Assembly (NCBI GenBank): GCA_032718475.1
Contig: JAUCBJ010003928.1
Location: 1-56,392 of the forward strand
DNA: 56,392 bases
From: Nemertoderma westbladi
Lineage: Eukaryota > Animalia > Xenacoelomorpha
Direction of reading: 5' to 3'
Part shown: positions 11,734 to 22,862 of the stretch, piece after piece
Layout of the letters: each line of letters opens with the position of its first letter
Numbering within the stretch: position 1 is the first letter of the stretch
The notes under the pieces: generated by a model
Told to the model about the DNA's origin: nothing
The model's database searches: none
What the model saw: only the letters and a program-made list of their open reading frames with translations
Translations under genes and position numbers: made by a program

Positions 11734-13894
11734 GTTTAGCTATACAGTTGAAGGCTTACTGCTATAGTTACAGTTAAAGCAAGTTTAGTAATTCAGTATA
11801 ACCACTGGCCTAGTACCGGTAATTTATTGCAGTATATTAGAATACCGGTATGCACTTATAATATATATAAGTATTGTGAACTAGGTTTGTCACAGAGTAC
11901 CGGTATATAATTTTAGCACAGATATATATAAATATATAATAGGCCTATCGTGAATACCGGTATACAGTTTACACTTATAGTACTGTAGTATATATAAGTA
12001 TAATTATGACCTAGAATTAATTACAGAGTACCGGTATGATTTCAGCTCAAATTGATAGAAATAAATATAATAAGCCTATGGTAAGTACCGGTATGTCAAT
12101 TATTTTTAGAATAATTGAATTCCTGAATATTTCAGGGTTACTTAGTTACTTTAACGTACTTTATTACCGTTATTTAAGCAGTAGTCCAACTGGTAGTGAG
12201 ACCTAGTTGTTGTATGACAGGCCTACTATTTATAAATCTTTTGAGTTGATTTATAATAGATATATACCCGTTTAAAAGGGGTTTTGTCAATATTTGAAAT
12301 AAATGTTATTATTTCTGGGGGTCACTACACGGAAGCTGTGTGCTCTCAGTGAAGTGCTATTTATTTGACACTAAAACTGATAATTCTAATTTACCTAAGT
12401 TACTTAATACTACAAATTACTTACGATATTGGTGGGATTAATTCTCTAATTAAACACAACAAAATATTACGTACGAAATTTTTAGGGTAATTTTACAGGA
12501 AGTCTACAAACCAGCCTAACAAAGGGTTAGAATTCTGGTTATTACAACGGACAGGGTACTACAGTATTTGAAATAATAAGTAGTAGTAAATATACTGTAC
12601 TGTCCAGATAGGAAAATACCACCGCCTGACGACCTATAACCGTATCGCTATAGGTACTACGTTATGTATCACGGATTGTTCCTACCCAGAAGTTAATAGA
12701 GCTAACGAATGTGCCTATCAACCACTTTACAACATAAATATACTGCCTACACACTAATTACTTCGGAAAGCACTGTACACTAAACCCTAAATTAGGTACA
12801 AGTACCGGTATAACAAATAATCAGTAGTTAAATATACTTGAACAGTTAAAAGAACCACGGCATCTGCTGGAGTGACCGAAGCACAAAATCTCCAGTCTTT
12901 ACCTACGCCGAGCAGCCCTGATGTAGTACCGGGGTTAGTTTAACTATAACGGTATGTATAACAAGCACAATTACTGTAGGAATAAACTTGGGGACATGAA
13001 TGTTGCGAATAATCGCATAAACTCTGAATAATAAATATTACGCTACCCGTACAGAATACTCAAACAAATACAAACCAAACGCTGGCAAACTACTATCAAG
13101 CCTAAACAAACTACAGTATGTGCAGATTCTGAAACTGTTAGTTAGTATGCGTTCTAACATGGTAGTACGACTTACTCTTTAAGAGGGGATTGACCTTACA
13201 GCTTATGGCTGCCCCAACTTACTAACGGCACTTTATCAGACCAACTCTACACACGCAGCAATCCCTTCAGACCTAAAAATAGCTAGACAACAATCCAGCC
13301 TACAAATATTTGAGTAATAACTATTACGGTATCTGAACAGACCACACAAACAAACACAGGCTAAAACACTGGCAGACTACGATCAAGCCTAAATAAACTA
13401 CAGTATATGCAGACTCTGAAACTGTTAGTTAGTATGCGTTCTAACACGGTAGTACGACTTATTCTTTAAGAGGGGATTGACCTTACCGCATATGGCTGCC
13501 CCAACTTACTAACGGCACTTTATCAGACAAACTCTACACACGCCGTAATCTCTCCAAACTCAACACAGTCAGACAGCAGTTCAGCCTACAATTATTTGAA
13601 CAATCTGAGCAGACTTACACGTCTTCAGCTCAATATTAACTTACTAGGAAATAAAACCGACAGAAATAAGTAGAATCTCAATAAAAATTCAGGGCTGCAG
13701 TCCCTGATTAAGTACTAAGACCTACCGGTATACAATAATCAAATCGAATAATACTAAATGTACTTGTACAGCAGTACCGGTACCGGTGATGACAGTTAGG
13801 CCTACTGACCTACAAAAGTACCGGTTCAGTTTTACCAGTCACTACGGTATTTTGCAACCCTATTGCCTACTGCAATAAGATTATAAACTGTTAC

Positions 13895-15112
13895 TGTTCG
13901 CGCTTTTGAAGACCTTTAGCAGTTTAACCTGCCAAAATTTATATGTCTTTTAGTTAATTAAAACAACTTTAGCATACGACAACAATTTATGCTAATACAC
14001 AAAACATTTGCCGAAGTCAGCCCATGCGCGATCATTCACCCGATGGATCTACACCCGGGAGGCTGAATTCGGATGCTTAAATTTTATTATTGCAGTGTAA
14101 GGTTGCAGCGTAAACTTACTGTATTATTCGACAGATCGTTAATAATTAATTCCTGACAGATATTATTGGCTTTCGGGAAATATTAACAGTTCCTTTAGGA
14201 CGTGGCGCTCTATCTATTTAAACAGAACTAGGACTTATACTAAATGCAACGATACTGCTTATGATTAAAGTATAAAGCGTATTCTTTAGGAAATACTTTG
14301 TTACCAATCACAATCATGCACACTATTCTGCCGACCGTCAGTATATTTGATCACACATAAAGAGAGCAGTAATTGACTCATGTAGGGTCTGCTAAATAAC
14401 ATTAGATTCAATACACACCACATTAATATAAATCGCAATTGTTATATATAGCCCGCCTCTCTAACCTGTAGTGTATCAAGAAAATTGGGAAATTTGGGTG
14501 ATTTATCCGTATTATCCAAAGAGCAATATTTCCATCAACAAATCGGTACAATTAATAACTGACAGTAAAATAACAGTACAAACAATATGATTAATGCAGT
14601 TAAATTAAGTAAGTATGTTAAGATGCGTTAAGATTCGTGAGTGAGTTCGGATTTGGTAACAGTTTATACTTTCGATAATTTAAGCAGTTTTACTGGAGTT
14701 CTTCCCAAAAAGCCGGTGTTATGGCGAAAAATGGGAACATAACAACAGAATCATATAAAATCATATAACTACTACCACTATACGAGTATACCAAAAACCC
14801 TTATTCCACGAAGCTCCGTTCAACACAGAGGATGAGCATAGAGATAGGAAATTCAGTTCAGTAGCGCTGGGATAGGTCGAAATCAACGCCTACGCAAATT
14901 CTATTGGCCGACACGGACAGCAAGGCTTAGGCAACCTCCCTACGCTGGTTGGCCGATTAAACTGAGCCCAGATATCTCCACACAGCACATCAGCCAATAA
15001 GCTGGTAGCTTGCACTATTTTAGTTATAAATCCCTTTGAGAGTATTCTAGCGACTGGGGGGGAACTGGCCAGCAAAGGCGAACGTGTCAGTTATCCCACA
15101 AAAGCTTTTACA
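13895..15112 (-). repeat. 5' LTR (1218 bp)
   Basis: Direct repeat of 2790-4005 with roughly 17 substitutions and one 2-bp indel, counted by eye. Confidence 0.95.
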
Positions 15113-15117
15113 GCGGC

Positions 15118-15310
15118 GCAATATATTAGTAACGGATACCATCACAAGCTATGCTCCAAAGCTAACTGCTGGCGTCCCTAAGATGATTGCCATTGTCGGC
15201 TCTGTAATTCTCCAGCAAGAATTGAACACGCTCAGGTCTGCTCTGCGCTTCCACAAAACACACCTGCTTTCAAACTGGCAGTCCATCTTAACAGCCTTAT
15301 TTAATCTATG
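15118..15310 (+). pseudogene. 3' continuation of the interrupted LINE ORF (C-terminal Cys/His motif)
   Basis: Removing the LTR element and one TSD gives ...KRRRIAAQYISNGYHHKLC...CHCRLCNSPARIEHAQVC...*, with one internal stop. Confidence 0.7.
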
Positions 15311-15677
15311 TTTTCTTTAAGTATGTTTTATTTATTTATTAATAATTTTACTGTGCTAATTTTAACAATTACAAATTACAGCTCATCTTCATAACCAATT
15401 TCTAAAGAATTGATGTTAAAATAAATACAGAATGATTAAATTAAGAAAATTAGGGGCGAGGGTGCCTCCGACCTATTAAAATAGTTGTTGTATTACGGAA
15501 TATTGTGTTTAATGTTCAAGCACAGAAACCAAGGAGACTGGCCACGTTCTAGTTTTATTAATTAACAATTTCCAATGTAAAACGTTTACTGCACTTGCGG
15601 TATAGCTCTACTATATGTATGTATCAAAAAATGTAAACTACTATTACCTCATCTAAGATAAATCTCCACATTAAAAA

Positions 15678-16688
15678 ATGTCTCTTCCGCTAATAAGGGA
15701 TTATACGAGGAAAGAGCACCTTTACGAAGACCTGACAAGTTCATCATTCTGGGTATTTTCCGATGATCTAACCAAGGAATATCACGCTTTCCTAGATCTC
15801 CTACAAATATCAAACGAAGATGGGGAAGCCTATTTGGAGGCGATAGATAGGAAACGCGCATATTATTTGAAGGGAAACACACCAGTCGAACAATTATTCA
15901 GATTTGACAAGAAAGAAAAAGGTGAATGTGGAAATAAGACCTGGAAATTTGTCGATCCTATAGATAAAGTGGCTCTGAAGACGCATTGGACATTGTTCGA
16001 TTGGTTAGAGAGATCGATTGATACTCGATATACCCACGTCGAGATGTATAGAACAAATCGTTTCGGAGAAACATTTCTTCGATTAGAAGGGGATGAAATT
16101 CATCACAAAGGCAAGGGCGGTGGGCTTGTAATCATTCGCAAACGCAATGGGATCGAGCAACGAACTACCATACACGCCGCTGATAAAGAGGATGTTGACA
16201 TATTGTTCAACTACTTTCGACAAAAATACAGCGCCAGTATTGTCCAATCTAAAAAAAAACTACGGGAGTTTATAAAGGAGGGATTCATCTTCAAAGAGAA
16301 ATCTGCAAAAATGGTAAGGGACGGATTCACCTTAGAAAAGAAACCTTCAAAAATGAAAGCGAAATGGGGCGAATTAAAATTCAGTGGACCGAAAAATATA
16401 GAGTTATGTTTGAGCGTAAATGGTCAACGGTTGGATAGAGATAAACCTAAACAAAGCATAATCTACGATCTAGCGGATTATAAGTTGGACCCGGTTGAAC
16501 GTAAACCAGATCCACATACTATTTTTTTGATAACATTCGGGATTTGTTTAACCAAAGAATCCAAGAAACAAGGTCGGTTTAGAGACTACCTACCCGGGAA
16601 GAAATCACACGGGAAGAAGTATCTTTGGTTCAGAAGTGCAGAAGTCAGAGACCAATGGCTGAAAATTGCACGTATCTTACATAATTAA
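15678..16688 (+). CDS. Intronless 336-aa protein with a C-terminal PH-like domain
   Basis: ATG to TAA with no interruption; IKEGFIFKE...KW..L...FGICL...KYLWFRSAEVRDQWLKIARIL fits the PH beta-1 strand and C-terminal Trp helix; AATAAA ~40 nt downstream. Confidence 0.65.
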   Translation: MSLPLIRDYTRKEHLYEDLTSSSFWVFSDDLTKEYHAFLDLLQISNEDGEAYLEAIDRKRAYYLKGNTPVEQLFRFDKKEKGECGNKTWKFVDPIDKVALKTHWTLFDWLERSIDTRYTHVEMYRTNRFGETFLRLEGDEIHHKGKGGGLVIIRKRNGIEQRTTIHAADKEDVDILFNYFRQKYSASIVQSKKKLREFIKEGFIFKEKSAKMVRDGFTLEKKPSKMKAKWGELKFSGPKNIELCLSVNGQRLDRDKPKQSIIYDLADYKLDPVERKPDPHTIFLITFGICLTKESKKQGRFRDYLPGKKSHGKKYLWFRSAEVRDQWLKIARILHN

Positions 16689-17036
16689 TTTCATATTAGA
16701 AAAAGGAATTTCTTATTGATTGACAAATAAATAGCGTCACTCAGTTTCGAAATCATTTCGAACGCCCATTATCCGTCATTTCCCATCCAGATTCGTTTAT
16801 GCAGATTACCAACATCAACTAGAACGGCAACTTTATTTTTAACATATAGCTTAATATCTATCCAACTCATGCAAAACAAAATAATTATCTGTTCAGTGCA
16901 ATTGAGACTAATGACCTGCAATTGGGTTATAAGAAGAACCTTAACACTGACATACCATATAGCCTTGCCAGTAAACTGATTCATCATTTTAACCACGGCA
17001 GAGCCAAAGTAGGCCTATATTATGTCACTAGATCTA

Positions 17037-18629
17037 CTACTACTACTAGGTCGAGCGAACTCGGACAGTGGAAATGAGATCCTTCCAGGCTTCCCGATTC
17101 TCCATAGTTGTCGCAATTTCGTTTCTCCCAAGTTCAGTATCCCTTTCAAGTTGATCTATATATGTTATGGCAGGTCGTCCACGACTACGCTTTCCATGGG
17201 TTGGTTGCCAGAGAAGTAGATCTGGTATGACCTCGTCTTTACTTCGCCAGCAGTGCCCACTGAATCTTAATCTGCGTTCACGGAGGGTGGTTGATACAGG
17301 TGGTATTGTACCATAAAGCTCGGCGTTTGTCATGTGTTGTCTCCAGCTGATGTTTAGGGCTGCCCTTAGTAGTCTTGTGTAGCAACCATCAATTCGTTGT
17401 TCAAGTGATTTAGTCAGTGTCCAGGTCTCACCCCCGTATAAAAATACACTTTCCACTGTGGCTCGAAAGAACTTAGTCTTCAGGTGCCTGGAGAGATCTG
17501 ATTTCCAGATGGTATCCATTTTTGATAGAGCTACCCAAGCCTTTGCTTCTATGTCCTTTTTGCTACTCTCTATCCATGATCCAAGGTACTGGAAGTCATC
17601 GACCTTCCTTAGTTGATTATTATCAATGGTTGTCAAGTTTCCATCAACATTAAAGGACATGAATTCGGTCTTGGTAGCATTTATATGCAATCCAACCTCC
17701 TTAGCAGCCCTCTCCACTTTATTTAGTAGAAGCTGTGCATCTGCTAGCGTATTAGAGAGCAGGGCGATGTCATCCGCAAAGTCGGTGTCTGTGACTGTAG
17801 TTGCCGGATATCTACTACTTCTGCGTTCTTGAAGTGTGAATCCCAGATCTTCACCCTTTGTGGCCGTCCTCATTGCGTAATCCAGCACAATTACAAATAG
17901 TAATGGTGCTAATGTGTCACCTTGCAGTACGCCAGCCAGGATTGAGAAAAACTCAGTTTCACCATCTGGTGAGAGTACCTGCGCTTCTGTGTCACAATAT
18001 AACAATCCAATGCCAGCAACTTTTTTTACTTCTGCATTACTTCTGGTATTCCATAAGCTCTTAGGATTTCAAGCATTTTACCTCTATGGATGGAGTCGAA
18101 TGCCTTCTTGAAGTCCACAAAAGTCATGACTGCGGGGAGATTCTTTGACTTAATTCCTTCAATCAGTCTCCGTAGTGCAAGTATCTGAGCTATTGTTGAT
18201 CTACTTGGTCGAAATCCGTTTTGGCTCTTACGCAGTAGTTTCTCTATGTGAGGCCTAATCCTATATAGAATCATTTTATTGTATATTTTGGCAGCTACCA
18301 CAAGCAGACAGATCCCACGATAGTTTGTTGGTATGCCGAGGTCTCCTTTCTTGGGGAGAGGCTTTAGTTGACCTTTAGTCCAAATTGGTGGTGGCTTTTC
18401 CCCTTTTAACATCCGGTTGCAAACATTCAATAATGGTCTATTTAGCACTCCGGTTTTCCATACCTCCGCTGGGATTTCATCTAATCCACTCGCTTTATTA
18501 TTGGACATGCTTTTAATGCTTCTTTGGAGTTCGGCAGGTGTGAAGTCCCCTGTTTCTATAGGTAGTGTCTTGTCATATATTTTCCTTGTAGGGCTGACCT
18601 CGATGTTTGGTGGCTGCCCAAGCAAGTTG
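17037..18629 (-). mobile_element. 5'-truncated RTE-clade LINE (RT, frameshifted) with a (TAG)n tail
   Basis: ORFs 18026-18625 and 17046-18005: PKKGDL, NYRGI, QNGFR, DFKKAFDS, GVLQGDTLAP, FADD, YLGS, RLRFSGH, RSRGRP; TAG-repeat tail; TAGATCTA on both flanks (17029-17036, 18630-18637) as a probable TSD. Confidence 0.92.
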
Positions 18630-18879
18630 TAGATCTAACCTAGATCTAACCAGTGCTTTTGACACTGTCAGCTACATAAAGCTTTTTGAGTTGCTTGAAC
18701 GAACCAATCTGAGTCGACCTATACTACACTGTTTGTTTTTCTTAGTCCAGAGCATGTCTTTGGATCAATAGCTCAACCTTACTAGAATTCATACCGCTCC
18801 AATAACGTTATAAAGTGCTATTATATGAACAATGACGTATAAAGTTATTACTCTATATTTTGGTCAATTCTTCTTACAG

Positions 18880-19034
18880 GGGTTTAAGATATTCTTCTTC
18901 GTGATCGGCGGGGTCTACCTACTCTATCTAATGTTCCTCATCATTAGAGCATACACGGAACTTCGTAGTCTGCCATACTTCGATATTAGACTGAAATTCT
19001 TGACAGCCCTAATGATTGCTGTTCTAGCTATAAG
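18880..19034 (+). CDS. TMEM181: TMEM181 coding exon (third from last)
   Basis: cag|GFKIFFFVIGGVYLLYLMFLIIRAYTELRSLPYFDIRLKFLTALMIAVLAI|gtgagg; matches the remembered C-terminal TM region of TMEM181. Confidence 0.9.
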
Positions 19035-19806
19035 GTGAGGAAGGCCCCTAATATTTGCTTTTATATAATGTATTAATGCAAAACTGTGCCCAACAAAAGT
19101 TATAATATTTACTGGAACATTAATATGGCTAATAATTCATTCAATAAAGGAGTGATTTAAATTCTAGAACATAATTACAAACATTTTACTCGGCTGTATG
19201 CCACAACCAAGGCGTTCTATAATACTTATAAATACGTTCTATAAATACTTATACTTATAGATCGCCTTGGCCACAACCAAACTAATGAATAGCTATAATT
19301 ATTCTCCAAATCTCTACAAAATCTGGCGAAAACCCCTCCAATATGTATCTTGTTGCTATGTAAAATCCATGTTTCTAAGGAAAAACACATTAAGACTTTT
19401 TTCGAGGGTATTAGCAAGATAATGTAGAATCAAAAAATTTGGTTCCTCCAAATTCCTCCAAAATTCCAAATTTGGTTCAGCGAACCCCCCCCCCCCCCCC
19501 CCCCTCCCTATGTTGTGCTACATTGACTGGACTATTAGGAATATGATGAAATTTATATCCACCACTGCAACTAATTACAGTTACTACAACCATATGGTCC
19601 ACAATCTTACCTTTAAACTCTTATACAACGGCTACAATTACTTGGCGGCGTTCCGTCCTATAAATACCAATCACTTGCTGCGATGGTCTTATCGGATATC
19701 ACCAGAACACTCACTCAGAAATATCACCATTTTAAGTTGATGTAAATGTAAAATATCTCGTTGTTATTATTATAGATCGTAAGATTTCTTTCGATTTATT
19801 TTCTAG

Positions 19807-19976
19807 TATTACTATAGTGATTCTAAGATTCGGAGATAGACTTCTCGATAATCTTATCTTTGAATTCTCCACCAACTACAACAATTCTGCAGAATTTCTC
19901 GCCTTCTACAGTCTGCTCAACTTCTACCTGTATACTATGGCCTATGTTTACAGTCCCGCGAGGAATGCCATTAATG
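19807..19976 (+). CDS. TMEM181: TMEM181 penultimate coding exon (alternative donor at 19982)
   Basis: Phase-compatible; SITIVILRFG...YNNSAEFLAFYSLLNFYLYTMAYVYSPARNAIN. Confidence 0.9.
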
Positions 19977-20943
19977 GTATGGGTAAGTAGTACAACAGTA
20001 GAGTTATTTAAAATATAAAAAGGTTTCGCCTGATTTCGAACGAAAATGCGTACGTGCTCGTTTTTAGTTAGAATCACGTGTCTCTGTAACCTGTTCCTTT
20101 CCCTCTTAAAAAAACATCGTTGGCAAATCTGTTTAATTATATTAATACAGTTTATTACGCAAGTAAGCACATTTATTTGTTAAATAAAATTGCATAGGCC
20201 GATAATACGGCCTTAACATTAGGAAGTAACACCAAGTACATTAACTTAACATATTGCAGTATTTAATTCGACTATAAACCAAACTGCACCTAATAAAAAT
20301 TCTAAATACCGAATAATTGATGGCTATGTAGATTTAATAATGTGGCACGGTGGTTCAATTTAGCATCGTTTAATTACAGCACTATTATTATGGCATGTCC
20401 AAGGCGATAAGGCATTAAAACTGTAACCCTATAAGCTTTTACATTGAGTTTGGGTCCAGCGAGAGTTTCATTGAATATCTAAATATAATTTAAGACAGAT
20501 TTTTCTACCAACGTAGTTAAATTGAAACAAAGAGCGGAATGAGGCTAGATTACGATTTTGACTCTAAAATCATAACGAAAAATTATTTATCCAGATAAAA
20601 AAAGATATTCCACTGGGAATTTATTTATAATTTATTTTCAAACAATATTGTAATAAATATCTGTTTATAAATAATTTCGTATCACTTTATTTTACTACGG
20701 TGTTCAATATAAATTTATATTCATTGAGAATGGAATGTGATGTCGTCATATTAACTCAATAAGTGTGGTGAATGCGGTTTAACTTGCGGAGAGCCGTTCG
20801 TTACTTAAAGACAAATTGTTTATGATAAGAAACTTCGACAACAAATAAACCTGGATGGGCAGCCGGGAAGTAAATAATATGGAAAAGCGTGTGGCAGTAG
20901 AAAGAGATACAATGATAAAAGGTTAACGCCAGTGGGAATACAA

Positions 20944-22767
20944 TCATTGGTTGTCGTCTAGGGCGTTATACAGGTTGTTATGTAGCGAGCCTTCCCGCTC
21001 ACTGTTGTGTTGAGCTCTAGTCCTCACGCTGTACCTCCGGCCAAGGGAATGGAACCTCCTGGACTCGTCGCCGTCTGACTCCTTGTTGCTGGACCCCTCC
21101 GACGTGGAGGACTCATACTCCTCGGTGGAGTCTGCCTGTCCTGTAGGTTCTTCGTCCATTTGGATCCCTCTACACGCGGACATCCTACCCTCCAGGGCCA
21201 ATGTGTCCGGGTGCAGGGCCCACTCGTCGGCGCTGGCCGTGTACCCGGGGGGCCTGAGGGCCAGACGGATGCGGCCTTCCACCGCCAGACGGAGTATGTG
21301 ATTGGCCGCGCGGAATACGTCGACTCTCCCGCCGCCGCGCGCCGTGTAGAACCGCTTCCGGCACGCCCACGCCTCGCAGATGTTCCAGGCGGAGGCGTCC
21401 GCCGGACAGGGCAGCCGGAGTCCGCGCACCAACCCCGCGCGCTGCGCCAGGTAGCCGACGCACGTGTAGGGCTCCTGGACCTGTGCCACCGGGTAGACGC
21501 CGGCCAGCACCTGGAGCTGGCGGTCGGCCACCGAGGGGAACACGAGCCCGGGGCAGTCGCACAGCCGCACCGTCGGGGTCAGGTAGTACGTCTGGAAGTG
21601 TTTGGTGTGGCCCGGGGTCTTACTGGTGCTGACCACCTTGCGACCCACCAGCCCGTTTATCAGCGAGGATTTACCGACATTGGGCGCGCCCACACACCCT
21701 ATGGTGAGCACCCCGTCCAAGGTGCCGCTCGAGGTGCACTTCTGCATCTCGTTCTGGTAGCCGGAGCATTCGGCTTCCCCCGAGGGCAGCGAGTCGCTTG
21801 TGAATCTGCGAAGCCACGAGTCTAGATCTACGACCTGGCCGGCGATCTCCTTACAGGCCTTGTAAAGTTCCAAAGGGCCGACGGGAGTGAAACGACGCAG
21901 TTTACTGCGTTTCTTTACTTTGGCGAGTTTACCGTCGGTTTCTTCAGTGGGATCAACGTCCCATCTATCCGGAAAGCTTGAGAACGGGATCACGTGTGTC
22001 AGTTTGGGGCAGACCGACCGGATGTATGACTTCCATGCGGTGAGCAGCCCCGGGGACACGATGTCTACCTTGTTGAGTACCAGTATCAGTGGCTTTCCTA
22101 AATCGTCAACAACGTGGTGGTAAAAGTGAGGGTTGAAGTGTATGACGGGGTGTCTAACGTCCACTATGAACAGCACCACATCCGACATCTCCAGCACCCG
22201 CCACAGTTGGCGCCATGTCTCCAGGTTGGTCTCGTAGTAGCTGAGGCGATCGTAGGCCGGTTGTCGTCTCATCGAATCCTCAAACTCTCGCATGTATCGA
22301 GTCTCTTTAGCTTCGAGTTGCGCTTTGCTCTGGTTGTAGCTCCAGGGCGGGCGGATGGGGAAGTTGAGCTGTGCCCATTCCGGGTACACGTCTGAGAAGG
22401 CCAGCTCGAGCGCGGTCTCCGGTAACACCTCCAACGGGAGTTGCGCGGACTCCTTCCGTTTACTCAACTCTGTCTTGGTTTCCTTTACAAATTTTAGGTT
22501 AAACCGATTCGGGTCGTATCCCGACGCTACTGTTTGTGTCCGGAGTCGGGCCGAGGTGGTTGAGGTCTGTGTCTCGGTGTTCCAGGCGTCTGTAGGGTCA
22601 CTGCCTCCTCCGGCCTCTCCAGACGAACTCGAGGATTGTATATCGAGACTGGAGTAACGGGGCAGGCGGCCTTCAACTAAAGTCACACGACCAGTGGGTT
22701 TTTTATCCCTCTTCGCCTGGAGTTGGGCTTTCTTTTGTTTACCGCTGTATGGTTTCTTTCGCGGCAT
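20944..22767 (-). CDS. GNL1: Guanine nucleotide-binding protein-like 1 (circularly permuted GTPase), intronless, 607 aa
   Basis: MPRKKPYS.KQKK.QLQ.KR N-terminus, RPPW, E.NLETWRQLWRVLEMSD, G4 NKVD before G1 GAPNVGKSS, TPGHTKHFQT, DCPGLVFP. Confidence 0.93.
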   Translation of the reverse strand: MPRKKPYSGKQKKAQLQAKRDKKPTGRVTLVEGRLPRYSSLDIQSSSSSGEAGGGSDPTDAWNTETQTSTTSARLRTQTVASGYDPNRFNLKFVKETKTELSKRKESAQLPLEVLPETALELAFSDVYPEWAQLNFPIRPPWSYNQSKAQLEAKETRYMREFEDSMRRQPAYDRLSYYETNLETWRQLWRVLEMSDVVLFIVDVRHPVIHFNPHFYHHVVDDLGKPLILVLNKVDIVSPGLLTAWKSYIRSVCPKLTHVIPFSSFPDRWDVDPTEETDGKLAKVKKRSKLRRFTPVGPLELYKACKEIAGQVVDLDSWLRRFTSDSLPSGEAECSGYQNEMQKCTSSGTLDGVLTIGCVGAPNVGKSSLINGLVGRKVVSTSKTPGHTKHFQTYYLTPTVRLCDCPGLVFPSVADRQLQVLAGVYPVAQVQEPYTCVGYLAQRAGLVRGLRLPCPADASAWNICEAWACRKRFYTARGGGRVDVFRAANHILRLAVEGRIRLALRPPGYTASADEWALHPDTLALEGRMSACRGIQMDEEPTGQADSTEEYESSTSEGSSNKESDGDESRRFHSLGRRYSVRTRAQHNSEREGSLHNNLYNALDDNQ

Positions 22768-22862
22768 CTCTGATCTTGGATTAAAACAGCAGTAGGCCTA
22801 CGTTATCCATTATCTACATTTACAGCATTACCGGTACGAAGTTAAGTTACCGGTAGGCTGGT

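Larger units (their letters stand above)
2790..15112 (-). mobile_element. Non-autonomous BEL/Pao-type LTR retrotransposon with both LTRs, 12.3 kb
   Basis: Two ~1.2-kb near-identical TG...CA LTRs; 5-bp TSD GCGGC at 2785-2789 and 15113-15117; internal Gag with three BEL-type Cys/His knuckles and an LLDSGS protease. Confidence 0.95.

Noticed and set aside
13100-13260. Ribozyme in the duplicated leader module
   Set aside because: CTGATAA lacks the conserved G and a correctly placed GAAA; no twister, pistol or HDV consensus was recognisable by eye.
21083-22657. Antisense and alternative-frame ORFs over GNL1 (likewise those over gag and the ENaC gene)
   Set aside because: Shadow ORFs caused by codon bias of the real gene; no motifs.
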